Origin: a bacterium | GTDB lineage: Bacteria; Sysuimicrobiota; Sysuimicrobiia; Sysuimicrobiales; Humicultoraceae | Length of the DNA stretch: 16,925 nt | Assembly: GCA_041497675.1 (NCBI GenBank) | Contig: JBGQGY010000085.1 | Location: forward strand, 1-16,925 | Direction of reading: 5' to 3' | Shown here: piece after piece, positions 6,362-16,925 of the stretch | Layout of the letters: every line of letters begins with the position of its first letter | Position numbering within the stretch: position 1 is the first letter of the stretch | The notes under the pieces: model-generated | Told to the model about the DNA's origin: nothing | The model's database searches: none | Seen by the model: the letters and a program-made list of their open reading frames with translations, nothing else | Translations under genes and position numbers: made by a program

Positions 6362-8206
6362 ATGCTTGAACTTCGCATTACCGTCCGGGATCGCTTTGGG
6401 CAGGCTGCCCACCGGACGTTCACGATCGAGGTCGCCAAGCCGAGCCAGCCGGGGCCGGTCGACGTTCGCAGGCCGGGCCGGCCCCGCCAGCGCATCCGGC
6501 TTGGACAGATCCTGATCGAAGCGGGTCTCGTCACTCAGGCGCAGCTCCAGCAGGCGCTGGAACGTCAGCAAGAGACGGGTGAGCGTCTCGGTCAGATCAT
6601 CCTTGGTATGGGTCTCGGCTCCCAGGAGGGGGTCGCGGCCGCGATCGCCCAGCAGTTGCATATTTCGTTCGTCCGCCTGAGCGAAACAAGACCCGATGAA
6701 GCGCTCTTGCTGCGCGTGCCGGAGTATCTGGCACGGCGCCATCAGGTGATCCCTCTCAGCCAGGCGGATCGCACCCTCACGCTCGGTATGATCGACCCGG
6801 TCGACATCCTTGCGATCGATGAGGTCCGGCGCGTGACGGGTCTCGAGATCGAGCCCGCGGTCATCACGGCCGATGACTTCCAGCGCGCGCTGAGCGTGTA
6901 TCCGACGTCGGATACCGCCGTCGATGACGCGATCCAGGCGATCATGCCCTTCGATGAGCGGTTTGCGGAAGAGGAGCCCGACCGGCTGAAAGAGCTAGCG
7001 GATGAGGCGCCGGTCGTGCGCTTGGCCAACCTCATCATCATCCAGGCCGTCCGCCAGGCGGCCAGCGACATCCACGTCGAACCGATGGAGACCCTGATGC
7101 GGGTCCGCTATCGCGTCGACGGCACGCTGTACAGCGCCATGACACCCCCCGCGCGCGTCCAAGCCGCGCTGATCTCGCGCCTGAAGATCATGGCCACGAT
7201 GAACATCGCCGAGCGGCGGCTCCCGCAGGACGGCCGCATCCAGCTCAAGGTCGACGATCACGATATCGACCTTCGCGTGTCCTCGATCCCGACCACATGG
7301 GGCGAGAAGATCGTCATGCGGATCCTCGACAAGCGCGCCGCCTTCGTCGGGATCGACAGGCTGGGCATGGCGCCCGATGATCTGACGCGCTTCGAGCGAA
7401 TCATCTCCAGACCACACGGGATCATCCTGATCACGGGCCCGACCGGGTCGGGCAAGACGACGAGCTTGTACGCGATGCTGAACCGGTTGAACAAGACCGA
7501 GGTCAACATCACGACGATCGAGGACCCGGTCGAGTATCAACTCCCGGGGATCTCGCAGGTCCAGGTGAATCCACGAGCCGGGGTCACCTTCGCCACCGGC
7601 CTACGCTCCTTCTTGCGGCAGGACCCGGACATCATCATGGTCGGCGAGATCCGCGACGAAGAAACGGCCCGCATCGCGATTCACGCCGCGCTGACCGGGC
7701 ATTTGGTGTTGAGCACGCTGCACACCAACGATGCGGCGGGCGCGGTCGCCCGTCTCACCGGCATCGGGTTGGAGCCGTTTCTGGTGGCCTCATCGGTCGT
7801 GGGTCTCATCGCGCAGCGGCTCATCAAAGTACTCTGCGAGCACTGCAAGGAGCCGTACACGCCGCCCGATGATCTGCTGGCGCGCCTCGGGATCCCGGCG
7901 AACCCGGCGCCGACGTTCTACAAGGCCACGGGCTGCCCGCACTGCAGCCAGTCGGGGTATAAGGGCCGGGTCGGCCTCTTTGAGGTCATGCCGATGGACG
8001 ACCGCATCAAGGACCTGATCACCCGCAATGGCACCGCCGACCAGATCCGCGAGGCCGCGGTGGCCGCAGGCATGAGGACACTGTCGCAGGATGCCCTCAG
8101 CAGAGTGGTCTCTGGGGTCACGTCGGTGGAAGAAGCGCGCAGGGTCGTGTTCACGCTCGACCAGTCGCGCCGCCGCGTGGTGCAGGCCTCGCCGGCGACC
8201 GCTTAG
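6362..8206 (+). CDS. pilB: PilB/GspE/MshE-family secretion or pilus ATPase with MshEN domain and an extra N-terminal beta-hairpin
   Basis: MshEN motifs RLGQILIEAGLV...LQQALERQ and RLGQII (6497-6655), ASDIHVEP, RYRVDG, ERRLPQDG, Walker A GPTGSGKTT, TIEDPVE, LRQDPDIIMVGEIRD, His box LSTLHTND, Zn-binding CEHC/CPHC, and GYKGR. Confidence 0.95.
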   Translation: MLELRITVRDRFGQAAHRTFTIEVAKPSQPGPVDVRRPGRPRQRIRLGQILIEAGLVTQAQLQQALERQQETGERLGQIILGMGLGSQEGVAAAIAQQLHISFVRLSETRPDEALLLRVPEYLARRHQVIPLSQADRTLTLGMIDPVDILAIDEVRRVTGLEIEPAVITADDFQRALSVYPTSDTAVDDAIQAIMPFDERFAEEEPDRLKELADEAPVVRLANLIIIQAVRQAASDIHVEPMETLMRVRYRVDGTLYSAMTPPARVQAALISRLKIMATMNIAERRLPQDGRIQLKVDDHDIDLRVSSIPTTWGEKIVMRILDKRAAFVGIDRLGMAPDDLTRFERIISRPHGIILITGPTGSGKTTSLYAMLNRLNKTEVNITTIEDPVEYQLPGISQVQVNPRAGVTFATGLRSFLRQDPDIIMVGEIRDEETARIAIHAALTGHLVLSTLHTNDAAGAVARLTGIGLEPFLVASSVVGLIAQRLIKVLCEHCKEPYTPPDDLLARLGIPANPAPTFYKATGCPHCSQSGYKGRVGLFEVMPMDDRIKDLITRNGTADQIREAAVAAGMRTLSQDALSRVVSGVTSVEEARRVVFTLDQSRRRVVQASPATA

Positions 8207-8766
8207 CGAGTCCGGTCCCTGCCCAGCCGGTCCAAGAGTCCTTCCGCGGTCTCGTCAATCTCGATCATGCGCCGATTTTCCGGTTTGATGAACTGCTGCT
8301 CGACCGCGTGGTCGAGGAAACCGATCAGGCGGTCATAGTACCCGCACACGTTGAGGAGACCGCAGGGCTTCTCATGGACGCGGAGTTGCGCCCACGACAC
8401 GATCTCGAAGAACTCGTCCAGCGTGCCGAGACCACCCGGCATCGCAATGAACGCATCGCCCAGATCGGCCATCAGCGCCTTGCGTTCGTGCATCGAGTCG
8501 ACGACGCGCAGATCCGGCAGCTCCTTGTAGGCGACCTCGCGCTGCACGAGCAGCCGCGGGATCACCCCCACCACTTCGCCGCCGGCTTCAAGCGCCGACG
8601 ACGCCAGCTCGCGCATGGTGCCGATGCCCGACCCGCCGTATACGAGACCGATCTTCCGGTCCGCCAGCAGGCGGCCGAGCCCGCGGGCCGCGTAGACATA
8701 CTCCGGTCTGGCACCGATGTTCGATCCGCAAAAGACCGTCACGCGTTTCAATGCCAGCGCGCTCAC
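8203..8766 (-). CDS. LOG-family nucleotide 5'-monophosphate phosphoribohydrolase (TIGR00730-type)
   Basis: VFCGS, LVYGG, SMHERKALM and the signature PGGLGTLDE. GTG start overlaps the MFS stop (GTGA). Confidence 0.93.
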   Translation of the reverse strand: MSALALKRVTVFCGSNIGARPEYVYAARGLGRLLADRKIGLVYGGSGIGTMRELASSALEAGGEVVGVIPRLLVQREVAYKELPDLRVVDSMHERKALMADLGDAFIAMPGGLGTLDEFFEIVSWAQLRVHEKPCGLLNVCGYYDRLIGFLDHAVEQQFIKPENRRMIEIDETAEGLLDRLGRDRTR

Positions 8767-9932
8767 GCGTCATGCTCCCGAATCCGCGAAGCCAGGACCA
8801 GCCGCGCGGCGGAGATCGCGGCGGCCGCCAGCCAGATCGTCGTGAAACTGCCCGTACGATCCAGCACCCAGCCGAAGATCACGCCTGCCAGACCCGAACC
8901 CGCCTGCGCCGCGGCGACGGTGATCGACGAGATGACCCCCGCCCGATCGGGCCCGACGCTCTCGATCGCCAGGACGGTCAGGGGGGTCACGGCGACCGAT
9001 ATGCCCGTGCCCAGCACGAAGACGAGTGCGTACAGCAAAGCGCCCCTGCCGACCACCGTCAAACCGAGGAACGAGACCAGCAGGGTGGCGGTGCCGAAGT
9101 AGACGAGCGGCAGGCGTCGGCCTATGCGGTCGGAGAGGATCCCCGCGGGATACACGCCGGCCATTTGCCCGACCAGCACAATGCCCATGATGTACCCGCC
9201 CTGCACCTTCGTGTAGTGGAGCACCTGAGTCAGGTGCGTAGGCAGCCACCCGAGCGCCCCATTAGCGGTGAACAGTCCCAGCAGCGCCGTCACCGTGATC
9301 AACGCAAGGTTGCGGTCAAGCAGCCCACGCAGCGGAGTGCGAGGCCGGCCGGATGGCTCGCCGGCCGCCGCCCGATCGATCCCGGCCGACGGTAAGAGCG
9401 CCAACGCCCCGGCGCACAGCAGCGGCAGGCTCAGCAGCAAGTATTGATAATTGACCCACTGACTGAGCACCGGCAGGAGGCTGAGCGCCGTGAGCGTGCC
9501 GAGACCGGTGGCCGTGTCCATCACACCGACGGCTTTGCCACGGATGTCGCGGGTGAAGCGCACGGCCACGAGCTTGAGCGACGCGGTGAATGTCATGGCC
9601 ACAGCGGCACCGGCCAGGACTCGCGCCGCCAGCGCGACCGCATAGGATTGCGTAAGCGCCACCACGACGCCGGTGAGTCCCATCAGGATCAGACCGATCG
9701 TGAACTGTCGGCGCGGGTTGGCGTAGTCGGCGGCGGACCCCGCGGGGATCAAGGACGCGGAGTATCCGAGGAAGAACGCTGAGAAGAGGGTGCCGGCGCC
9801 CGTGTAGCTGGTGCCGAAGCGCGTCATCAGTTCGGGATAGAACGGCACGATGTTCAGCCGGGCCACAAAGGCGACAAACCGTCCGGACGAGAGCAGGACC
9901 AGGAGGGGCATGTGCCCGCGCAGCGGTTTCAC
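8763..9932 (-). CDS. Major facilitator superfamily transporter
   Basis: About 12 hydrophobic segments with motif-A-like GSAADYANPRR and GILSDRIGRR. The start is probably GTG 9932 or ATG 9911, because the 10055 start would overlap mobA. Confidence 0.88.
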   Translation of the reverse strand: MKPLRGHMPLLVLLSSGRFVAFVARLNIVPFYPELMTRFGTSYTGAGTLFSAFFLGYSASLIPAGSAADYANPRRQFTIGLILMGLTGVVVALTQSYAVALAARVLAGAAVAMTFTASLKLVAVRFTRDIRGKAVGVMDTATGLGTLTALSLLPVLSQWVNYQYLLLSLPLLCAGALALLPSAGIDRAAAGEPSGRPRTPLRGLLDRNLALITVTALLGLFTANGALGWLPTHLTQVLHYTKVQGGYIMGIVLVGQMAGVYPAGILSDRIGRRLPLVYFGTATLLVSFLGLTVVGRGALLYALVFVLGTGISVAVTPLTVLAIESVGPDRAGVISSITVAAAQAGSGLAGVIFGWVLDRTGSFTTIWLAAAAISAARLVLASRIREHDA

Positions 9933-9950
9933 GGTGGGGTTCAGACGTCG

Positions 9951-10553
9951 ATGACTTCGCGGGCCGCCGGGATCATCCTTGCCGGTGGATCGAGCCGCCG
10001 CATGGGTGAGGACAAGGCCGGGCTCGTCTTGGGCGACCGCACGCTGCTCGCCCACGTCATCGGTCGCGTGGCATTCGTGTGCGAACCGGTGCTCGTCGTG
10101 GCGCGCGCCGCAGATGAGTATCCGGACTGCGGCGCCACGGTCATCGCCGACCGCTGGCCGGGCAGCGGACCGCTCGGCGGGCTCATCACCGGGCTCGGGA
10201 CGGTCGCCGCACCGTTCGCCGCGATGGTCGCCGCCGACCTGCCGTTTGTCGAACCGGCGTTGCTGTCGGGTCTCCTCACGCTACGCGAGGGGTGGGACGC
10301 GGTTGTCCCAGAGATCAGCGGGCTCCCGCAGCCGCATTGCGCCATCTACGCCCGCGCAGCGATTGGGGTGGCCGAGGCGGTCTTTGACGCCGGCGGGAGG
10401 TCGCTGCGGGAGATCCTCGACGCGCCGGGTCTGCGCGTCCTCTACGTGAAGGACGAGCGGCTCCGCGCCTGGGATGCGGATCTGCGGTCGTTTCTCAACG
10501 TCAACACACCTGAGGATCTCCAACTGGCGCGTGAGATGCTGGAGAACGCTTAA
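9951..10553 (+). CDS. mobA: Molybdenum cofactor guanylyltransferase
   Basis: IILAGGSSRRMGEDKA, GPLGGL, AADLPF and C-terminal FLNVNTPEDL. Start taken at ATG 9951. Confidence 0.93.
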   Translation: MTSRAAGIILAGGSSRRMGEDKAGLVLGDRTLLAHVIGRVAFVCEPVLVVARAADEYPDCGATVIADRWPGSGPLGGLITGLGTVAAPFAAMVAADLPFVEPALLSGLLTLREGWDAVVPEISGLPQPHCAIYARAAIGVAEAVFDAGGRSLREILDAPGLRVLYVKDERLRAWDADLRSFLNVNTPEDLQLAREMLENA

Positions 10554-11393
10554 GCGCCGGACACCTGGGATTCGAGCCGGATGCGCTCGCGTCCGGCGTA
10601 GATATTGAACCGCTCACCCCTGAGGAATCCCACAAGCGTCATGCCAAACTCTCGCGCGAGATCCACCGCCAGACTGCTCGGCGCCGAGACCGCGCAGAGC
10701 ACCGGGACGCCCGCCACCAGGCTCTTCTGCACGAGCTCAAACGACGCCCGGCCGCTGACCATGACGAGGTGATCGGCGAGCGGCAGCCGGTCCTCCAGGA
10801 ACGCCCACCCGACCAGCTTGTCCAGGGCGTTGTGCCGCCCAACATCCTCACGCACGGCGACGAGCGCCCCGTCGCGGTCGAACAACGCGGCGGCGTGCAA
10901 CCCGCCGGTCGTGCGAAACACCCCCTGCGCCGCCGCGAGCTTTTCGGCCAAACCCGCGAGGAGCTCCGGCGTGATCTGCGGACCCGGCAACAGCCGCGGG
11001 TACCCGCGAAGGTGCAGGGCCTCGAGACTCGCCTTCCCGCAGACGCCGCACGCGCTCGTCGTGTAGAAGTGCCGTTCGAGGACGGCCAGATCCGGAAGCT
11101 CGCGCCCCCGCAACGCTACCTGGACGATGTTGTAGTGCTGGTCGGCGTCGACGTCGGGATCGGTGCAGTAGGTGAGGCGGTGGACCTGATCGCGTGACCC
11201 CAGCACGCCCTCGGCAAACAAGAAACCGGCGGCCAGCTCGAAGTCGTGCCCGGGGGTGCGCATCGTCACCGCCACCGTGCGCCGCTGCGACCCCGCGAGC
11301 AGCCGGATCTCCATCGGCTCCTCGGTCGCCACCTGGTCGGACCGTTTGTGCACGCGGGCGCCCGCCACGCTCCACAGATCCATGGGACTCTTG

Positions 11394-11410
<17 letters not shown>
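10550..11410 (-). CDS. fdhD: Formate dehydrogenase accessory sulfurtransferase
   Basis: EEPMEI, TMRTPGHDFELAAGFL, SACGVCG, TGGLHAAA, REDVGRHNALDK, SGRASFELVQK and SAPSSLAV motifs. Confidence 0.96.
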
Positions 11411-13619
<2,209 letters not shown>

Positions 13620-13727
13620 CGGGCGATTTCGCGGCGGCTCCCCTCACCCCTGCCGGGCGCTGCATCCGGTGCCCGGTGAAGGGCCGGGGCGGCGAACCGC
13701 CAATACTACTGTTCCTGCGGGTCTGCG

Positions 13728-16058
13728 ATGCGGCGAACCACTGGTGACGGCGCGTTACCCTTCCGGCGCTTCCATTCCTGGAGCGTCCGGTCCACTCTTG
13801 TCCTGTTGATCCTGCTGGCCATCATCCCCGCCCTCGGCCTGACGCTTGGGGCGGGGGTCCAGGCGCGGCAACTGGCCCGCGAGGACGCCCGCGAGGACGC
13901 CCTGCGGCTCGCCCGGCTCGTGGCGTCGCGCGAAGAACGAGTGATCGAGGGGACGCGCCATCTGCTGGTGGCTCTCTCGCTCGTGCCGGAAATCCGCGGC
14001 GCGAGCGGCGATATGTGCAGCGCGATCCTGTTTGCGGTGCTGCCTTCCTATCCAGAGTATGTGAACCTGGGCGCTGCACGACCCGATGGCACCGTCTTCT
14101 GCGGCACGCGGCCACTTGCGACACCCCAGAGCATTGCGCGGGACACACACTTCACCCGGGCGGTCGAGACCCGCAAGTTTGCGGTCGGTGCCGCATTCGA
14201 TGACCCAGGGACGGGAGCCCGAACGCTGGCGGTGGCGCACCCGGTGTTGGACGCGAACGGACGGCTCCTGGCCGTGCTGTTTGCGGGTCTCAAGGCCTCG
14301 TGGCTTGCCGACCTGGTGAGTGGCGTCAGCATTCCGCCGGGCGCCGAGGTCGTCATCTTCGATGTCCACGGCATGATTCTCGTTCGCAGCCCCGAGCCCG
14401 AGAAGTGGGCCAGCCGCGTCATGCCCGACGCGCCGATCACGCAGGCCATCCGTCAGACCCCGACCGGCGGGGTACGTGAGGTCCTAGGCGTCGACGGCGT
14501 CATGCGCCTGTGTGCCTTCACCCCGTTGTATGAAGATCCATCGAACAGTGTCTATGTCGCTGTCGGGCTCTCGACGCGCGAGGCCTTCTCGACGGCCAAC
14601 CGGCTTCTGCTGTTCAATCTCCTCGGCGTCGGAGTCGCCGCAACCCTGGCACTGGCGGTCGCCTGGTGGGGCGGGGGCTTCCTGCTCGGGCGGCAGATCG
14701 AGGATCTGGCGCGGGCCGCTGCGCGCATTCGCGAAGGTGACACCTCGGTGAGGGTCGCCGCCCCGCCGGGACAGGGTGAACTGAGCCTGCTCGCCGCGGC
14801 CTTCAACAAGATGGCGGCGACCGTCCAGTCGCGTCAAGGAGAGGTCGAACGCGCCAACAAGGACCTGCGGGCTCTCTCCAGTCATCTCGAGCAGCGCGTG
14901 CAGGAACGGACGGAAAGCCTGCGCGAGGGCGAGGCGCGCTACAGAGATCTCTTTGAGAGCGCCAACGACATAGTCTTCACCATGGACATGCAGGGGATTC
15001 TGACCTCGATCAACCGCACCGGCGAACAACTGCTCGGATACACGCGCGAGGAGCTGCTCGGCAAGAGCTTTCTGCAGTTGGCGGCCCCGGAAAACCACGA
15101 CGCCGCCCTCCGGCGTCTGGCCGCCAAAAGCGCCGGCGGTGACTCGATGCTCTACGAATCTGTCGTGATCGCGAAAGACGGCCGGCGCATCCCGATCGAG
15201 GTGAGCACGAAGTCGCTCCACCGCGACGGGAACCCCACCGAGGTCCTCGCCGTGGCGCGCGACATCACCGAGCGGAAGCGTGCCGAAGAGCAGCTCCGGC
15301 GCGAGACGGCCGAACGGGCACGGCTCGAAGCCGAGCTCGTGCAGTCGGCCAAGATGGGCTCGCTGGGGATCATGGCGGGCGGCATTGCCCACGAAGTGCG
15401 CAACCCGCTGGCGATCGCGTCGGCCGCGGCGCAACTGCTGCTGGAACAGCCAGACGACGAGCGGCTGCGCGCCGAGGGCCTGCAAAAGATTCAGACCGGC
15501 ATCCAGCGCGCCACCGGCATCGTCGAAAATCTCTTGAAATTTGCCGGACCGATGTCTGGTGAGATGCAGCCGGCGGACGTGAACGATCTCATCAAGGAAA
15601 CGCTCGCCCTAGTCGAGCACGAAATCACCCAGCGCGGCATCGACCTCCAGACACGTCTCGCCGACGGCCTGCGCCCGGTCCGCGCCAACGCGAGCGCCCT
15701 TGAACAGGTCTTGACGAACCTGATCCTCAACGCGTGCCAGGCGATGGACCAGGGCGGCATACTGACGGTGGCGACCGAATCGCAGGGGAGTGACGTCACC
15801 GTGCGCGTCGCGGACACCGGGCCCGGGATCAGGCCCGAGGACCTGCCCCGGATCTTCGATCCGTTCTTCACGACGCGCCCGCCCGGACAGGGCACCGGGC
15901 TGGGTCTGGCGATCAGCTATCGCATTGTCGAACAGCACCGGGGCACGATCGATGCGTTCAACAATGACGAGCACGGCGCGACGTTCGTCGTACGGCTGCC
16001 GGGTGTTGACACGGGTCGGTCCGCCGCCAGACTGCGCGCGGACAGGTTGGGGAGGTAA
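13728..16058 (+). CDS. Membrane sensor histidine kinase (TM-dCache-TM-HAMP-PAS-HisKA-HATPase)
   Basis: Two TM segments flank a Cache-like region. HAMP ([14 protein letters not shown]), PAS ending in RDITERK, H-box [13 protein letters not shown]-box [24 protein letters not shown] and GTGLGL. Exact start uncertain. Confidence 0.94.
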   Translation: MRRTTGDGALPFRRFHSWSVRSTLVLLILLAIIPALGLTLGAGVQARQLAREDAREDALRLARLVASREERVIEGTRHLLVALSLVPEIRGASGDMCSAILFAVLPSYPEYVNLGAARPDGTVFCGTRPLATPQSIARDTHFTRAVETRKFAVGAAFDDPGTGARTLAVAHPVLDANGRLLAVLFAGLKASWLADLVSGVSIPPGAEVVIFDVHGMILVRSPEPEKWASRVMPDAPITQAIRQTPTGGVREVLGVDGVMRLCAFTPLYEDPSNSVYVAVGLSTREAFSTANRLLLFNLLGVGVAATLALAVAWWGGGFLLGRQIEDLARAAARIREGDTSVRVAAPPGQGELSLLAAAFNKMAATVQSRQGEVERANKDLRALSSHLEQRVQERTESLREGEARYRDLFESANDIVFTMDMQGILTSINRTGEQLLGYTREELLGKSFLQLAAPENHDAALRRLAAKSAGGDSMLYESVVIAKDGRRIPIEVSTKSLHRDGNPTEVLAVARDITERKRAEEQLRRETAERARLEAELVQSAKMGSLGIMAGGIAHEVRNPLAIASAAAQLLLEQPDDERLRAEGLQKIQTGIQRATGIVENLLKFAGPMSGEMQPADVNDLIKETLALVEHEITQRGIDLQTRLADGLRPVRANASALEQVLTNLILNACQAMDQGGILTVATESQGSDVTVRVADTGPGIRPEDLPRIFDPFFTTRPPGQGTGLGLAISYRIVEQHRGTIDAFNNDEHGATFVVRLPGVDTGRSAARLRADRLGR
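13875..13902 (+). repeat. In-frame 12-bp tandem repeat within the kinase gene (ARED-ARED-A)
   Basis: GCCCGCGAGGAC twice, then GCCC; perfect copies. Confidence 0.7.
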
Positions 16059-16062
16059 CGGC

Positions 16063-16767
16063 GTGGCACGCGTCTTGGTCGTCGACGACGAACAGGATCT
16101 TCTCTGGGCGCTCTCGCGGAGTCTGGGCACCGCGGGATATGAGATCCTGACAGCCCGGACCGGTAGCGAGGCGCTCAGCCTGGCCCGCCGTCACCGGCCC
16201 GATCTGGTGATATTGGACATCATGATCCCCCAACCGGACGGGCTGGAGGTCTGCCGGCGGCTGCGGGGTGACCCCGTGCTGAGCGATGTCCCGATCCTCT
16301 TCCTCACCGCCAGACGCAGCGTCGAAGACCGTCTCCGAGGCTTGGAGGACGGGGGCGACGACTATCTGATCAAGCCGTTCGACATCCGCGAGCTCCGGGC
16401 CAGGGTCACCGCGCTGCTGCGCCGGACGCATGCCAGCGCGCAGCCACGCTCAAAGGAACTGGCGGTCGGCGACGTACGCCTGGATCCGGCGGTGCGCCAG
16501 GTCCTCGCTCGTGGAAGGCACGTCCAGTTGACGCCGTTGGAGTTCGACCTGCTCTACCACCTGATGGCGCATCCTGGGGAACTCTTCTCGTCGCAGGAAC
16601 TCCTGCAGGCGGTGTGGGGCCACGCTCCCGAGTCACGCGACTACGGTCTGGTCCGGTGGCACATGATGAACCTGCGGCACAAGATTGAAGCCGATCCCGA
16701 CCGGCCGGTCTACCTGAAGACGGTGCCGCGCCACGGGTATCTCTTCTCCGGGCGCCACACCGTCTAA
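16063..16767 (+). CDS. OmpR/PhoB-family response regulator
   Basis: GGAGG (16051-16055) then GTG 16063. Receiver domain VLVVDDE, ILDIMIP, FLTAR, DDYLIKPF; winged helix LTPLEFDLL...VWG...LRHKIEADP..P.YLKTV..HGY. 234 aa. Confidence 0.95.
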   Translation: MARVLVVDDEQDLLWALSRSLGTAGYEILTARTGSEALSLARRHRPDLVILDIMIPQPDGLEVCRRLRGDPVLSDVPILFLTARRSVEDRLRGLEDGGDDYLIKPFDIRELRARVTALLRRTHASAQPRSKELAVGDVRLDPAVRQVLARGRHVQLTPLEFDLLYHLMAHPGELFSSQELLQAVWGHAPESRDYGLVRWHMMNLRHKIEADPDRPVYLKTVPRHGYLFSGRHTV

Positions 16768-16800
16768 CGACGGCCTAACGGCATCCAACGCAGACCTAAC
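16764..16800 (+). promoter_or_regulatory. Four helically phased direct repeats, candidate OmpR/PhoB-family binding site
   Basis: CTAAC (16764), CTAAC (16775), CCAAC (16785), CTAAC (16796); spacing 11/10/11 bp. A TAnnnT element (TAGTGT) follows at 16823-16828. Confidence 0.65.
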
Positions 16801-16925
16801 ACGCAGAGACGCTCGGACCGGATAGTGTCTATGGTAGTTCATGAGCGCAAGACTTCGTGCCACTGGGGCCGACTGCGTTGTCGTCGCGCCGACGCGTGAG
16901 GCAGGACTCCCCATTCGCGCGGGCA

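Noticed and set aside
13875..13902. 12-bp tandem repeat as a phase-variation switch
   Set aside because: In frame and only about 2.3 copies; more likely a small duplication in the helix following TM1.
15790..16062. N-terminal extension of the response regulator ORF
   Set aside because: It lies within the kinase gene; GGAGG plus GTG at 16063 opens directly into the receiver domain.
16764..16810. Repeat array as CRISPR or terminator
   Set aside because: Units are 5-6 bp with about 5-bp gaps; there are no spacers, no cas genes and no hairpin with a U-tract.
16841..16925. Open frame from ATG 16841 to the window end
   Set aside because: Only 28 codons visible, with no SD and no recognisable motif; cannot be supported.

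Overview
High-GC bacterial chromosomal window; the binding protein has a non-lipoprotein Sec signal, which suggests a diderm host. From left to right: (1) a minus-strand Dpp/Opp-type ABC transporter (binding protein and two permeases, the last cut by the window edge), divergent from a cytoplasmic PA-domain M28-family hydrolase whose canonical EE catalytic pair is replaced by HS; (2) a vapBC-like toxin-antitoxin pair with a clear sigma70 promoter, coupled to a third gene encoding an HExxH metallopeptidase resembling ImmA/IrrE; (3) a small Ig/cadherin-like protein immediately followed in frame (TAG-ATG) by an orphan MshEN-domain PilB/GspE ATPase; (4) LOG and MFS genes; (5) a mobA-fdhD-fdhF/ydeP molybdoenzyme cluster; (6) a dCache-HAMP-PAS histidine kinase with an OmpR-family regulator, followed by four helically phased C(T/C)AAC repeats. 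The most striking observation is in (3). The 88-aa protein looks like a circularly permuted Ig domain with its terminal beta-hairpin moved to the N-terminus, and the ATPase begins with a homologous hairpin. This suggests a strand-complementation polymer or adaptor that docks a c-di-GMP-binding ATPase. All family assignments come from motif recognition by eye; no searches were run.
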